From Octopus sinensis (lineage: Eukaryota), in assembly GCF_006345805.1 (NCBI RefSeq), contig NC_043018.1, positions 8,246,001 through 8,310,000 on the forward strand: 64,000 bases of DNA. The letters run 5' to 3'. Shown here in pieces: positions 50,713 to 63,103 of the stretch. A model generated the notes under the pieces. That model did no database searches and was not told the origin of the DNA. It saw nothing but the letters and a program-made list of their open reading frames with translations. The translations under genes and the position numbers were made by a program. How positions within the stretch are numbered: the first letter of the stretch is position 1; each line of letters starts with the position of its first letter.

Positions 50713-51029
50713 TATGTGTGAGGGTGTGCATGATGGTATGCGCTTCTCAAATATGAACTGTGAATGGAGATGAGGTGGCACTCAGCCATGTCAATGAACC
50801 ATGGGCTGTAAATATGGATTATGATATGAGAAGGGGAGAAGCAGTGAGACACTTTACTGCAGTGAATCATGCGGAGTGAATTAGGTGCTGGGTCTGCTGT
50901 GGTAAAAGAAGAAGATCGTTATGCAGTCTAATTATTTGGTGTGCATCGTTAACATAGGAGAAAGGCTTTGTAATGAAGAGTTCAGGAAAATGAGAAGACA
51001 TCAAAATAAACCCTGTAAATTAGGGATCA

Positions 51030-51590
51030 GATAATAATGAAATTATTGTATGCAGTGCTCAGGTGCACCACAACTTGTCAAAAGTGTGTATAAAGCATAT
51101 GCAGTAATGTACAAACGTCTGGGAAGTGAACAGTGTATGAGTCAGATACATGCATGTGTGTGTATGGAGGGGAGAAAATCAGGTGGAGTGTTGGCGAATC
51201 TCAGGAAGCATGGAAGTTTTGAAGGATGCAGTGCTCCGACAACTAACAACTGATGCCAGCAGTTTGTTCCATGCTTCAGCAACTCTTAGCGTGAAAAAAT
51301 GTTTCCGAAAGTCATGGGAGCTGTACTGTTTTCTGACTTTGTAAACATGTCCACGGGTGTTAGACAGGTGGAGTTTGAAAAGGTGCTCAGAGTTATTGTT
51401 TGTAAGATGGTTAATAATTTTATGGGTGTCTGCCAAGTCAGCTGCCAGACGTCGGAGTTTCAATGTGTCCATGCCCAGGGAAGTAAGGCGTTCAGAATAT
51501 GGCAAATGCCTGATGGAGGGTATTCTTCTGGTTGCATGTCGCTGAACGGCTTCCAGACAATTAATAGATGTAAGTCAATTGCCATTTGAT
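51030..51590 (-). mobile_element. 5'-truncated CR1-clade LINE
   Basis: CLEAVQRHATRRIP..PYSERLTSLGMDTLKLRRL..RGHVYKV..FFTLRVAEAWNKL, then 3'UTR and a short (ATT)n tail. Confidence 0.9.
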
Positions 51591-52243
51591 AGGAAATAAA
51601 TGTGAATAGATTGTAAAGAGAATAAAGGGGTTGTTGATGGTTAATGAAATAAACAGGGAGTAAAGTAGTTCAACATTGTCTATGAGAATTTATAGAAGAA
51701 TTATGGAGACATTATGTTAGGAAGACATTATTATTATTATTAATATGGAGACATTTATATTAAGAGACATTATTTCAAACCTATTCCAATTACACTGGCA
51801 GGAATATAAAACGTTGATTTACATAAAAAAGCAGTTTCATATTACATCAGGAATCAATTCATTTGTTGGTGTGTGTGTGTGTGTGTGTGTATGTGTTCGA
51901 GAGTGTGTGTGTGTGTGTGTGTGTCTGTGTGTGTGTATGTGTTCGAGTGTGTGTGTGTGTGTGAGTCTGAGTGTGTGCGTGTGTGTCTGTGTGTGAGTAT
52001 GTGTTCGAGTGTGTGTGTGTGTTGTGTGTGTGTGTGTGTGTGTATATATATTGTTTAGATAGTTAGGGCAAATCCCAGCTGTGTTCTCTTGAAGCATATC
52101 TGCTTATTGCATCATTACAATCCAATATGTAGTCTCAGTTGCTGCAGTAAGTTAGTTCAAAATACCTATCAAAACTGAGATTTATGGAAACAGTTGCAGA
52201 GTTATTGTATACCAAAAGATGGAATTGGAAATTGTTTGGTATT

Positions 52244-52410
52244 ATTTATTCACCATGACATGAGTTTCATTTACTAATAGGAATTACAAAATATTACTAC
52301 ATGTTAGATGGACATGTAAGAAATGTCCTATTAGAAATTCCTAACGTATCTTTTTCTAACATTCCTATTAGCAAGTGACATACGTGTAATGGTGAATAAA
52401 TGACACGAAG
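52244..52410. repeat. Degenerate inverted repeat (about 41-bp arms), old MITE-like
   Basis: atttattcaccat...ctaataggaat against attcctattag...atggtgaataaat. Confidence 0.55.
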
Positions 52411-52439
52411 CAATTTCCAATTTCCTCCTTGTGTTTATA

Positions 52440-52532
52440 TATAGATATAGTATATATATATAAAGATATATATATATACATATATACATACATACACATA
52501 TACATGCATATACACATGCATATACATATATA

Positions 52533-52563
<31 letters not shown>

Positions 52564-53056
52564 ATATACATCTACATACATATATATACATATATACATA
52601 TACAGACACATATACATATACACACATATACATACGCATATATATATGTATATATACATATGTATATAATACAATATATAACATACATAAACACACATAT
52701 ACATACACATATATACCTATATATATATATAAAAACATACACATATACATATAACCTATATGATATATAAAACATACACATATACATATATACCTATATA
52801 GATATATAAAACATACACACACACATATATATATATATATAGATTATCTATATAATACAACACATATACAACATATACATATAACATATATATATCATAC
52901 ATACATACATACATACTATATACATACATACATATATATATATATCTTACATATATATACATACATACATACAATAGAACATACATACATACAGATATAT
53001 ATACATACATATATGCATATATACAATATGCACACACACACATACATATCATATAT

Positions 53057-53105
<49 letters not shown>
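52440..53105. repeat. Compound (TA)n/(CA)n/(TACA)n low-complexity tract
   Basis: Direct reading. Comparable tracts at 6470-6745, 8228-8405, 14455-14650, 30905-31123 and 44690-45420. Confidence 0.95.
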
Positions 53106-53124
53106 TATACCGGCTGAGAGGCCT

Positions 53125-53530
53125 ACACAAAGTTTTGAAAAAAATTTTCATTGCATTCTCGACACAATCAAGGAGATCTTGAGCAACTGAGACCCCAGGG
53201 TCTTCTTGTTCAGCTGAAAGCAGTTTTGACACAAACTTGGCAGACATGCATCTCGTACTCAAACCTTCAGTAATAATGGACAGAACTGAACCGTAACTAA
53301 TCTGTACATCCTCTCACAACTCACGGATGGTGATTCTATGATTTTCCCCCTCACAGCTACATGCATATCAGCGATGTTTTTCTCAGTTCTGCTGGTAGCG
53401 AGTCTCCCAAAACGTTCGTCAATATCAACATTCTTCTGGCCGTCTTGGAAACGTCTGAACCACTCATAGACTTGTGTGTGACTCATATACTCCTCTTCAT
53501 GCACTTTCTGCAACTTTGCATAGGCATCTG
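53125..53530 (-). mobile_element. Mariner transposase N-terminal (HTH) remnant
   Basis: MSHTQVYEWFRRFQDGQKNVDIDERFGR and SAKFVSKLLSAEQ..VAQDLL, with frameshifts. Confidence 0.8.
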
Positions 53531-53818
53531 AGCAGGTATCGCCATGACAACTTTCCCTGTCATGATCAATGCAATGATCACATACTACATGTGTGTCTGT
53601 GTGTGTCTGTGTGTGTATTATAACACTTGACTAATATCATAAAATGTTCAACAAGAATCATTTTCTGAATTCATTAGTAAAAGTACTTTAATTGAAAATC
53701 GATTTTATGCAAATTTTAACAACAATAAGAAATAAAACCTTATCACAACCAAGAACAAAACTAGAACCCCGCCCCCCAAAAAAACAAAAGAAAAACTCAG
53801 CACCGAAGCAGAACTTAC

Positions 53819-54071
53819 TTTGATATTGTCCTGTGATAAGCCAGGAACTTATTATGGCCAATAATCCACTAAAGAGGAAACCCTCGATCATCCAGTAGAA
53901 ATCCAAATAAAAGAATCGAAGAGGAAATACAAGGAATGTCCAGACAAGATATGGCGGAATGGCATAGATTGTGGTTAGAACCATCCATACTATGCGCAGA
54001 AGGTGTCCAATGATGCGAAATGGTAACGGAAGGCTGGTCACATGAGGAAGAATATTGTACACATCAAGCAT
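53819..54071 (-). CDS. LPGAT1: LPGAT1-like acyl-CoA:lysophospholipid acyltransferase, coding exon 1 (MLDVYNILPH...WLITGQYQ)
   Basis: Exon follows acceptor tttttttcag and begins at ATG. 253 nt (84 codons +1), donor gtaagt, phase 1. Hydrophobic N-terminal segment (IYAIPPYLVW..FYWMIEG..LLAIISSW) resembles the LPGAT1 N-terminus. Confidence 0.9.
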
Positions 54072-54326
54072 CTGAAAAAAAAATGAAAAAAGAAATTTAA
54101 AAAAAAAGATATTTATATCATAAAAATTTAGAAACTTCAAGAGAATAAAATAATTTGTTTTTAACAGTAGAACTCGAAGTAGATAAAGCTATAAGTAATA
54201 GTGTGTAAATATTGGGGTAAAAAACCCATTTAGATAAAAAAAAAAGTCAAAGGCTTTCTGTAGAATATAAACGCACATCTTCTGTAGGCAAGAGAGAATG
54301 GTTCTACCATAATTAGAAACAACATT

Positions 54327-54702
54327 AGGTGTAGGAGTGGCTGTGTGGTAAGTAGCTTGCTTACCAACCAGATGGTTCCGGGTTCAGTCTTCTACTATAG
54401 CCTCGGGCTGACCAAAGCCTTGTGAGTGGATTTGGTAGACGGAAACTGAAAGAAGCCCGTCGTATATATGTATATATATATACATGTGTGCATGTATGTT
54501 TGTGTGTCTGTGTTTGTCCCCCAACATCGCTTGACAACCGATGCTGGTGTGTTTATGTCCCCGTCACTTAGCGGTTCGGCAAAAGAGACCAATAGAATAA
54601 GTACTGGGCTTACAAAGAATAAGTCTCAGGGTCGAGTTGCTCTACTAAAGGCGGTGCTCCAGCACGGCCGCAGTCAACTGACTGAAACAAGTAAAATAGT
54701 AA
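54327..54702 (+). mobile_element. SINE family A with a deletion in the CORE-like block
   Basis: ggttcagt joins directly to cttctactatagc. Confidence 0.85.
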
Positions 54703-55734
54703 CATCAGTTTGCAGAGTCATTAAGAAAAGACAAAAATAAAATCTTGACATCGCATGGTGGCTGTAAACGAGTATCACCTTCATACAGGTGAGGTTGTTT
54801 GTTTCCAGTCTTCCATGAAAAATATGTCTGGTCATGGGGAAATTATAACCCTACACCTGACCCTGATCCTGCAGTAAATACAGGATGAGAGGAAGGGCTG
54901 CACCAATGATGGACTGGTATCTTGCTTGTCAACTCTGAAAGGATGGAAAGGTAAAGTTAGATTTACCTTTCCAGCCAACAGGTAAAAAGGAAAGATGAAA
55001 AGGTAAAGATGGATTTGTCCATCGAATAGGAAAGGTAAAGTTGACTTCAACAGGATTTGAATTCAGTGTGCAAAAAGCCAGAATAATTGACACTCATTCT
55101 ATTCAACACCTTAATGACTTCTAATCAATTATCTCCTGTGCATGTATGTGTGTTTAGGTTTGCATATACCATCATTATTATTGTTGTTTGACATCCACTT
55201 TTCCTTGCTTGCATTGGTCAAATGGAATTTGTTGAGGTTTCTATGGCTGAGTGCCCTTTCGATTGCCAACCCTCACCTGTTTCCAAGTCAGGTAATATTT
55301 CTCCATGACCAGACATGTTTTCTGGGAAAAATGGAAATGAAGGACACTGCTTACATGACCGTGACACTCGTTTACAGCTATCAGATGATGTTAAGGCAAG
55401 GAAACAGTAATACACACACATATGCACACACAGAGGAAGGGCTTCTTTCAGTTTCCATCTACCAAATTCACTCATAAGGCAGTGATTGACCTGGACTACA
55501 AAAAAGACACTTGCTTAAGGTGCCATGCAGTGGGACTGAACGTGAAACCTTGGAATTGGAAAGCAAACTTCTTATCACACAGCCATGCCTGCACCATATA
55601 AGGGTGCATAAATTTCATCAAGTTACAACGCTTTATATCATAGGGGTAGTTTAGTCATTTAACAGAATAACTCTTGCAAACTTCCATTCCTGCCCACCCA
55701 GTCCAATTTTGTGTAACACTCATCTTTTCTCTTT

Positions 55735-56116
55735 TACTTTCACTTGTTTCAGTCATTTGACTGTGGCCATGCTGGAGCACTGCCTTTAGTCGAGCAAACC
55801 GACCCCAGGACTTATTCTTTGTAAGCCTAGTACTTATTCTATTGGTCCCTTTTGCCGAACCACTAAGTTACGGGTACGCAAACACACCACCATCGGTGGT
55901 CAAGCAATGTTGGGGGAGACAAACACAGACACACAAACATATACACACACATACATATATACGACGGGCTTCTTTTAGTTTCCGCCTACCAAAACTACTC
56001 ACAAGGCTTTGGTTGGCCCGAGGCTATAGTAGAAGACACTTGCCCAAGGTGCAATGCAGTGGGAATGAACCCGCAGCCATGTGGTTGGTAAGCAAGCTAC
56101 TTACCACACAGCCACT
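55735..56116 (-). mobile_element. SINE family A
   Basis: Full-length reverse-complement copy. Further halves at 8083-8213, 38175-38400, 38685-38780, 43693-43830, 55440-55595, 57855-58060, 58735-58868 and 61393-61700. Confidence 0.88.
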
Positions 56117-57159
56117 CTAACACATCTTCATCACCATCTTCTCTCTTTTCCAACTGAGGTAGCCATGTATCTGCTCCTACAGCAAGACACCTGTTTCTGT
56201 GCCTCTTTTATACTTTAATCTCTCAACACCAGGAATAAAGTCATTTCCTTCAATACTACACCCTTGACTTAGTTGAGGAAGCTTGTTTTGCAAGTTACTT
56301 GGTAACCTCACTCATGCTGGTGCCATGTAAAATAGCACAGTAAAGAACAGACCAGAGCACACTCTGTAAAATGGGTGGTATTAAGAAGAGCATCCAGTCA
56401 TAGGAACCATGCAAAAGCAGATATTGCTGGTTCTTGTCATACCTCCAACCCATGCCAGCATGGAAAAATGGATGTTAAATGATGACAACACTGATCATCA
56501 TCATCATCATCATCATCGTTTAACATCCGCTTTCCATGGGTTGGACGATTTGACTGAGGACTGGCAAACCAGATGGCTGCACCAGGCTTCAATCTTGATC
56601 TGGCAGAGTTTCTACAGCTGGATGCCCTTCCTAACGCCAACCACTCTGAGAGTGTAGTGGGTGCTTTTACATGCCACCAGCACGGGGCCAGTCAGGCGGT
56701 AATGGCAATGACCTTGCTCGAATCTTTTACACATGCCACCGGCACAGGTGCTAGTAAGGTGATGCTGGTAATGATCACGCTCAAATGGTGTCTTTTACGT
56801 GCCACCAGCACAGAGGCCAGATAGCTGCTCTGGGAACAATCACGCTAGGATGGTGCTCTTAACACCCTACCAGCACGGGCTCGAGTGCCAGTAAGGCTGA
56901 TGATGCTAACTCACTAAAAGTCTTGAAAGCATTACTCCAAGATGCTGCAATCCCAGGATGCAGCAGTCAAATGATTAGAATCGGTAAATAATAACAAAAA
57001 AATGAACTGATTTTCCAGTTTTGGTACTTTGTTCACTTCTACTTATTTGACCCAACAAGGAAGTCTCTGGTTGATTGCTCAACCTACAAGAAACAGCAGC
57101 CAAATCTCCATCAAATCAGATCCTACTGTCTTCAAAAGACAACCACAATAAAGAACACA

Positions 57160-57362
57160 TGACTTGACTTGACAGCATACACCCGGGGTGGGTTGAGCTG
57201 CCTTCATTCATCCTCAATGCTGCATCTCTCAGAAACGCCAACCAGGCCTGGCGATTTGAGGCTAACGACTGCGTGATCTCCAACCACTCCTTATTCCAGC
57301 AGCGAACGCCGTAGACATGGGGGCCTAGGTTGGGTTTCAGATCAGCCTTGACTGTCATCACA
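57160..57362 (-). mobile_element. RTE-like LINE 3' end fragment
   Basis: W..IT..LASNRQAWLAFLRDA type C-terminus followed by a short (CAAGT)n tail. Confidence 0.55.
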
Positions 57363-57684
57363 TGGCTAGTATTAATGTAGTTACTGAAAGACTATATATG
57401 ATTGTCATGACTGGAAAGCCTTTGATCTCCACTCGTGTAAGCCAACAAAGGAAACTTTCTTGTAGTTGCTTGTTCTGCAAGAAACAGCAGCCAAGTCAGC
57501 TTAAAGCATGCTATACCATCATAAAAACTGGCAGGTCACATCTGATAATGTGGACATATATAAACTATTATGTCTGAATAAAATTACAAGATGATCATGA
57601 ATAAAATGCCTTGGACCACTGGTCTGTCCAGTTGGAGCTAACCTGGGGTTAAACAACAATGGCAAGAACAACAAGAGAACTTAC

Positions 57685-57771
57685 TTTCAGATGGGAACAA
57701 ATTTCACATTAAAGGTCCAGCAGGAGCAGCGGCGGCGGCAGCAGCAATAGCAGCAGCGGCACTTTGAGCAG
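57685..57771 (-). other. Probable non-coding 5'UTR exon of the LPGAT1-like gene
   Basis: Long pyrimidine acceptor tttcttttccttcctttccttag, donor gtaagt, 87 nt with stops in all three frames. Splicing to 54071 gives GAAA-ATG (A at -3). Confidence 0.55.
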
Positions 57772-58064
57772 CTAAGGAAAGGAAGGAAAAGAAATACTGA
57801 ACCAGGAGAACACCAAACTCTGTTACAACAAACAAACAAACAAACATACACTTTTCTTTTTTTTTTACTTGTTTCAGTCATTTGACTGCGGCCATGCTGG
57901 AGCACCACCTTTTAGTCGAGAACAAATCAACCCCAGGACTTATTCTTTGTAAGCCTAGTACCTATTCTATCGGTCTCTTTTGCCGAACTGCTAAGTTGCG
58001 GTGACATAAACACACCAGCATCAGTTATCAAGCGATGTTGGGAGGACAAACACAGACACACAAA

Positions 58065-58115
<51 letters not shown>

Positions 58116-58216
58116 TACATACATACATATCAATAATATAGTGATTGTTACTTATCAGGAACAAAAAGTTTAATAGGACTGCTATAGAAGTGCTCAATTG
58201 AAAGAGACAAATATAT

Positions 58217-58668
58217 CAAACAAATGCAAGGTCGTCCGCATAACATTTCATAATTCAAACATTTAATCATAGAATATACATATAAACATCCCGCAAGATG
58301 GAACGTAATTCATCTGTACAAGCATATAAGAAAGTGCGAGAAAAAAGTTCATCACGGTTTAGAGTTAATACTTTAGCGGTTCAGAAAAAATATATTTTTT
58401 TAAAAAACATTACAACACCTAGAAAGTAAAAATATAATATAAAGTAATATATAAAAATATATAGGTATATAAAAATATATATATATAAGAAGCATATAAA
58501 AAATATATAATATATATCATGCAATATGTATCATGTATATATATATATATCATTCTTATATGCTTGTACAGATGAATTACGTTCCATCTTGCGGGATGTT
58601 TATATGTATATTCTATGATTAAATGTTCGAATTATGAAATGTTATGCGGATGACCTTGCATTTGTTTG
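58217..58668. mobile_element. MITE/foldback element with 116-bp TIRs and an AT-rich core
   Basis: 58217-58332 pairs with 58553-58668. Confidence 0.8.
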
Positions 58669-59240
58669 TTCTATAACCTTAGTTTGGTATATATATATAT
58701 ATATATATATATATACGCACATACATATATATGACAGGCTTCTTTTAGTTTCTCTCTACCAAATCCACTCACAAGGCTTTGGTCGGCCCAAGGCTATAGT
58801 AGAAGACACTTGCCCAAGGTGCCATGTGGTTCGTAAGCAAGCTACTTACCACACAGCCACTCCTACGCCTATATATACATATATACATACATATATATAT
58901 ACATATCCGTCCAACCCATGCTAGCATGGAAAACAGACGTTAAATGATGATGATGATGATGATGATGACATAGAAACAAGTATGTCTGGTGGCTGTCAAT
59001 TGTGATCATCCCTGTCAAATGACCTTATCCTAAATATCAAAGACAATGGCTGACAGTAATTCTCCTGCTGAAATTTAAAGCAACAGCTTCCATAACATGA
59101 CAAGGACTCACATCTCCAAATCCAAATAGCCGTGTCTGGCATAAATATCTTCACCACAGCTGAATAATAAATAACCAGTTTGCAGTTGTTTTATTATTTT
59201 GCAGCAGTGAAGACCCTTATATACTTTTCATATGACAATA

Positions 59241-59552
59241 GGAGGCACATGGCCTAGTGGTTAGAGCAGCGGACTCGCGGTCGAGGGATCGCGGGTTTGA
59301 ATCTCAGACCGGGCGATGAGTGTGTTTATGAGCGAAAACACCTAAGCTCCATGTGGCTCTGGCAGAATGTCATGGCGAACTTCTGCTGACTCTTTCGCCA
59401 CAACTTTCTCTCACTCTTTCTTCCTGCATCTTGCAGCTCACCTGTGACAGACCGGCATCCCGTCCAGGTGGGGAACCTATACGCCAAGAAACCGGGAAAC
59501 CAGCCCTTATGAGCCAGGCATGGCTTCAGAAGGAACAAACAAACAACAAACA
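59241..59552 (+). mobile_element. SINE family C (strongly tRNA-like head)
   Basis: ggcacatggcctagtggttagagcagcggactcgcggtcgagggatcgcgggtttgaatc followed by a non-tRNA body and an (AAAC)n tail. Confidence 0.85.
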
Positions 59553-59776
59553 ATATGGCAACAATAATAAAATGGAATATAACTGCCAATGTGAGAAGAC
59601 CATGTGGGACGCAGTGTTCTTGAGCAAAACACTTCATTGATGGAAGGAGCGCGCTAATGTATGGTACGTACATTTGACCCCTATAAACAAATCACTTGTG
59701 CAGGCCATTCAGCAAAAGCTGAATTCTCATATATCATCTTCAACAAGTTCATCACACACACACATCTGTATACTTA

Positions 59777-61106
59777 CGAAGTGGTATCAAAAGGTTCTCG
59801 GACTAGTTATGTTTGATAGAAAATAACTTATTTACCCTTCGAAATAGTCACCTTGTGCAGCAATACACTGGTCCCAGCGTTCCTGCCACTTTTGGAATCT
59901 GGCCTGAAAATCATTTTCTGAAAGTGATTTGAGGACCTTCAGCAATTTGCTCTGGATCTCAACAAACAGTGTTGAAACTGTAACCTTTAAGATGCAGTTT
60001 CATCTTGGGGAAGAGTCCAGAAGCTGGCTACCCGCATGGTTCATGGTCTCAAAAATTTGTCCTACGAAGAAAGGCTGAGGACGCTCGACCTTTATTCTCT
60101 TGAAAAACGCCGCCGCCGTGGTGATCTCATTCTCGCCCACAACATCATAAGCGGAAAGTGTAACCTCTCGAAAGAGCTGTTCTTCACTCCTGCTCCAGAG
60201 CGTCGGCTGCGGGGTCATTCCGAAAAGCTCTACCTGCGACGATTTCATCTCAATTGAAGGAGAGGAGCTTTCTCCGTCCGGGTTGCGGATCCGTGGAACA
60301 AGCTGCCAGACGAGATGGTGAAGATGCCGACGACCGCTTTGTTCAAAGCCTCCCTGGACCTCAAGTGGCCTGAACTCTTTACATGAACACCACCCTGTAC
60401 TTAACTCCATGTCCCCCTACATGGCCTTGCTATTTGCTTTTGAGCCAAATTAACTAACTAACTAACTAACTAAGAGATGGAAGTCTGCAGATACTAAATC
60501 TGGCGAATAGGGTGGGTGCGGAAGTGATACCATGTTGTTTCTGGTGAGAAACTCACAAGTGAAGAGGGCTCAGCAACAGAGGGAATTGTTGTTGTAAAGA
60601 ATCCAATTCTTTGCATGTCACAGATCCAGTTGTTTCTGCCAAATGTCCTCCCGCAAATTCTTCAAAACATTGCAGTAAAAATCTTGATTGACAGTCTGGC
60701 TCTGAAGGACAAATTCTCCATGTACAATAAATACCACATATCCAGGAGTGATGCTTGTGGTATGTCTTCCAGATTTCTTATCATCTTCCAGGGATGTTCT
60801 GCTTTTGAAGTGCCCATGCTACTTGCAACATTGGATACAACCCATTTCCTGTCATCGTAAACTTCCTGAAACATGCTCAATGTGTCTGTAGCTGACTTCT
60901 CAAGTTTAACGCAAAATTCCATATTGAATACAACATACATATGATCACAAAAACACAAATTTCACAATTTGTGAAGTAAACACAATGATGTCACTCAGCA
61001 CACTGGGTCACTGATAGCTCTTACTGTTCACACAGTAAGAGCTATCAGTGCTGCCATCTGTTGGCATGCTTCGGAACTAGTCTGGGAACTTTTTGATACC
61101 ACCTTG
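59777..61106 (-). mobile_element. Mariner remnant of the same family as 17011-17685, interrupted by a CR1 fragment
   Basis: TA-flanked TIRs cgaagtggtatcaaaaggttctcggactagtt / aactagtctgggaactttttgataccaccttg. Minus frames give FNMEFCVKLEKSATDTLSMFQEVY and HPPYSPDLVSADFHLFPKMK. Confidence 0.88.
60016..60471 (+). mobile_element. 5'-truncated CR1-clade LINE (ORF2 C-terminus and 3'UTR)
   Basis: VQKLATRMVHGLKNLSYEERLRTLDLYSLEKRRRRGDLILAH...RGH...FSVRVADPWNKLP with one in-frame TGA. (CTAA)n tail, AAGAG duplicated on both sides. Confidence 0.92.
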
Positions 61107-61712
61107 TAGGTCAATGATGCCAAATTGAATTTGCTACAAACTGTTAGCAATTCCATCATACGTGTTTGTAAAGGTGTTGTTTGTATATGTATGTGTGTTT
61201 GTTTATATATGTATGTATGTTTGTTTGCATGTGTGTGTGTGTGCGTTGCATGTGTGTGCTTATGCTTACAGGTGTAAAACTGGTACTGTGCCAGAAAAAA
61301 AAGAAAAGAAAAGAAAGAAAACAAGAAGCTTGACCTAGTGCTTCAATAAATACAGAGTGACATAATTTATAAAAATTCAAGACAGTCCCCCAAGTGTGGT
61401 TGCTGTCTGCTTCCACCCACATGGTTCCAAGTTCAGTCCCACTGCATGGCACCTTTGGCTAGTGCATTCTACTATAGCTTCAGATGATTTGGTAGACAGA
61501 AACTGAATGAAATGTGTGTGTGTGTGTGTGCATTTGACCCTCACCATCTCATGACAACCAGTGTTGGTGTGTTTACATCCCTATAATTTAGTGGTTCAGC
61601 AAAAGAACCCAAAAGAATAAATACCAGGCTTAGGGAAAAAATAAAGAAGTACTGGGGTTGGTTCATTTGAGTAAGCTTCTTCAAGACAGTGGCCCCACAA
61701 GAAAATAAGATA

Positions 61713-61935
61713 TGTGAGAGGGGTCCTGAAAAGTTCCTGGCTTTAAGGGTTTTGTGAAAGGCCTGACTGGAGGCCCAGCCTTCTGAGTTCTTTTTTCAGG
61801 GCTTAGAAAAACTGATGAACCACTGCAATGAGTATGTGTATCTGGGAGGGGAATATGTTGAACAAAATCATAGCCAACTGATACTCCTGTAGCTTCTTTT
61901 ACTCAAAGTCAGGAACTTTTCAGCACCCCCTCATG
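61713..61935 (+). mobile_element. Mariner-derived MITE, copy 3
   Basis: Same TIRs and interior as 7093-7311. Confidence 0.75.
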
Positions 61936-61953
61936 TATATATAAAACACACAC

Positions 61954-61994
<41 letters not shown>

Positions 61995-62950
61995 CAGGCA
62001 CAGAAATACACAAATTTCCCATCCGTTCACTTTGCCAAGCTGGCATGGACAGGAGGAAGTGATTTATTAAATCAATTGCTGTTTGTTTCCTTTTGCTACA
62101 GTCGGCTGCTTCTAGCTGGACTATTAATGACTCAAATATACATAAAATGCTGTAGAAGCAGAGGCGGCAGCAGTAGCAGCGGTAGCAGCGGTAGTAGTAG
62201 CTGTGGCTGTGGAAAATTAAGCTATATTGCCCCAGGAGTTACAACGTAATGACTCACATAAAACCATGTGACCAGCAGATTAACCTTACAGCCATTGGGG
62301 TGTATCTAAACATATACACACAGAGATGTGTGTGTGTGTGTGTGCCTCTGTGTGTGTGTGTGTGTGCCGCTGTGTGTGTGTGCCTCTGTGTGTGTGTGTG
62401 TGTGTGCCTGTTGGCATGCGTGTGTGTGTGTGTCCTGGTTTTCAGTACACCATTTCACTGTGTACTGTAAGAGGCAATTAAAAGTGGGGTTGCCATCAGG
62501 AAGGGCATCCAGCCGTAAAAATTTTGCCTCAACTAGTCACATCCAACCCCATACTAGCATGGAAATTAGGACTTAAAAAGCAACAATGATGATGTAGATG
62601 ATATATATATATATATATATATATATAAAGGAGTTTGCCTGTCAAATTTGTCTCAACACCCAGTATTGAGTACTTTCTTCAGTAAATGCTGGTTGTTATT
62701 TATCAATTAAATTGTTCTGTATTTCCTTTTATCCAAAGCCGGGAACTTTTCAGCACCCCCTCATGTATATATAAAATACAAACACACACATATACAGAGA
62801 CACAGAAATACACAAATTTCCCATCCATTTACTTTGCCAAGCTGGAATGGACAGGAGGAATTGGTTTGCTAAATCAATTGCTGTTTGTTTGCTTTTGCAA
62901 CAGTCAGCTGCTTCTAGCCGGACTATTAACGACTCCAATATAAATATGCT
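61905..62950. repeat. Local direct duplication (about 61905-62150 and 62735-62950)
   Basis: Both copies run from the MITE right TIR through cacagaaatacacaaatttcccatcc...gctgcttctagc.ggactatta. Confidence 0.85.
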
Positions 62951-63103
62951 GGCAGGAGTTGGAATGGACATGTTGAAGTTCCCTACCACTTAGACTGTAT
63001 AATGGATTAGCTGTTAGAAATTGGCTGTGTTCAGTTTGGGGTGTTTCAGTGTCTTTGTGTATGTGACTTGTATACATACATGGTAATTGCCTCATCTTGT
63101 CAC

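Noticed and set aside
59241-59315. tRNA-like sequence with A and B boxes
   Set aside because: It continues into a repeated body and tail present again at 18655-18950, and there is no acceptor stem or terminator. It is a SINE head, not a tRNA gene.
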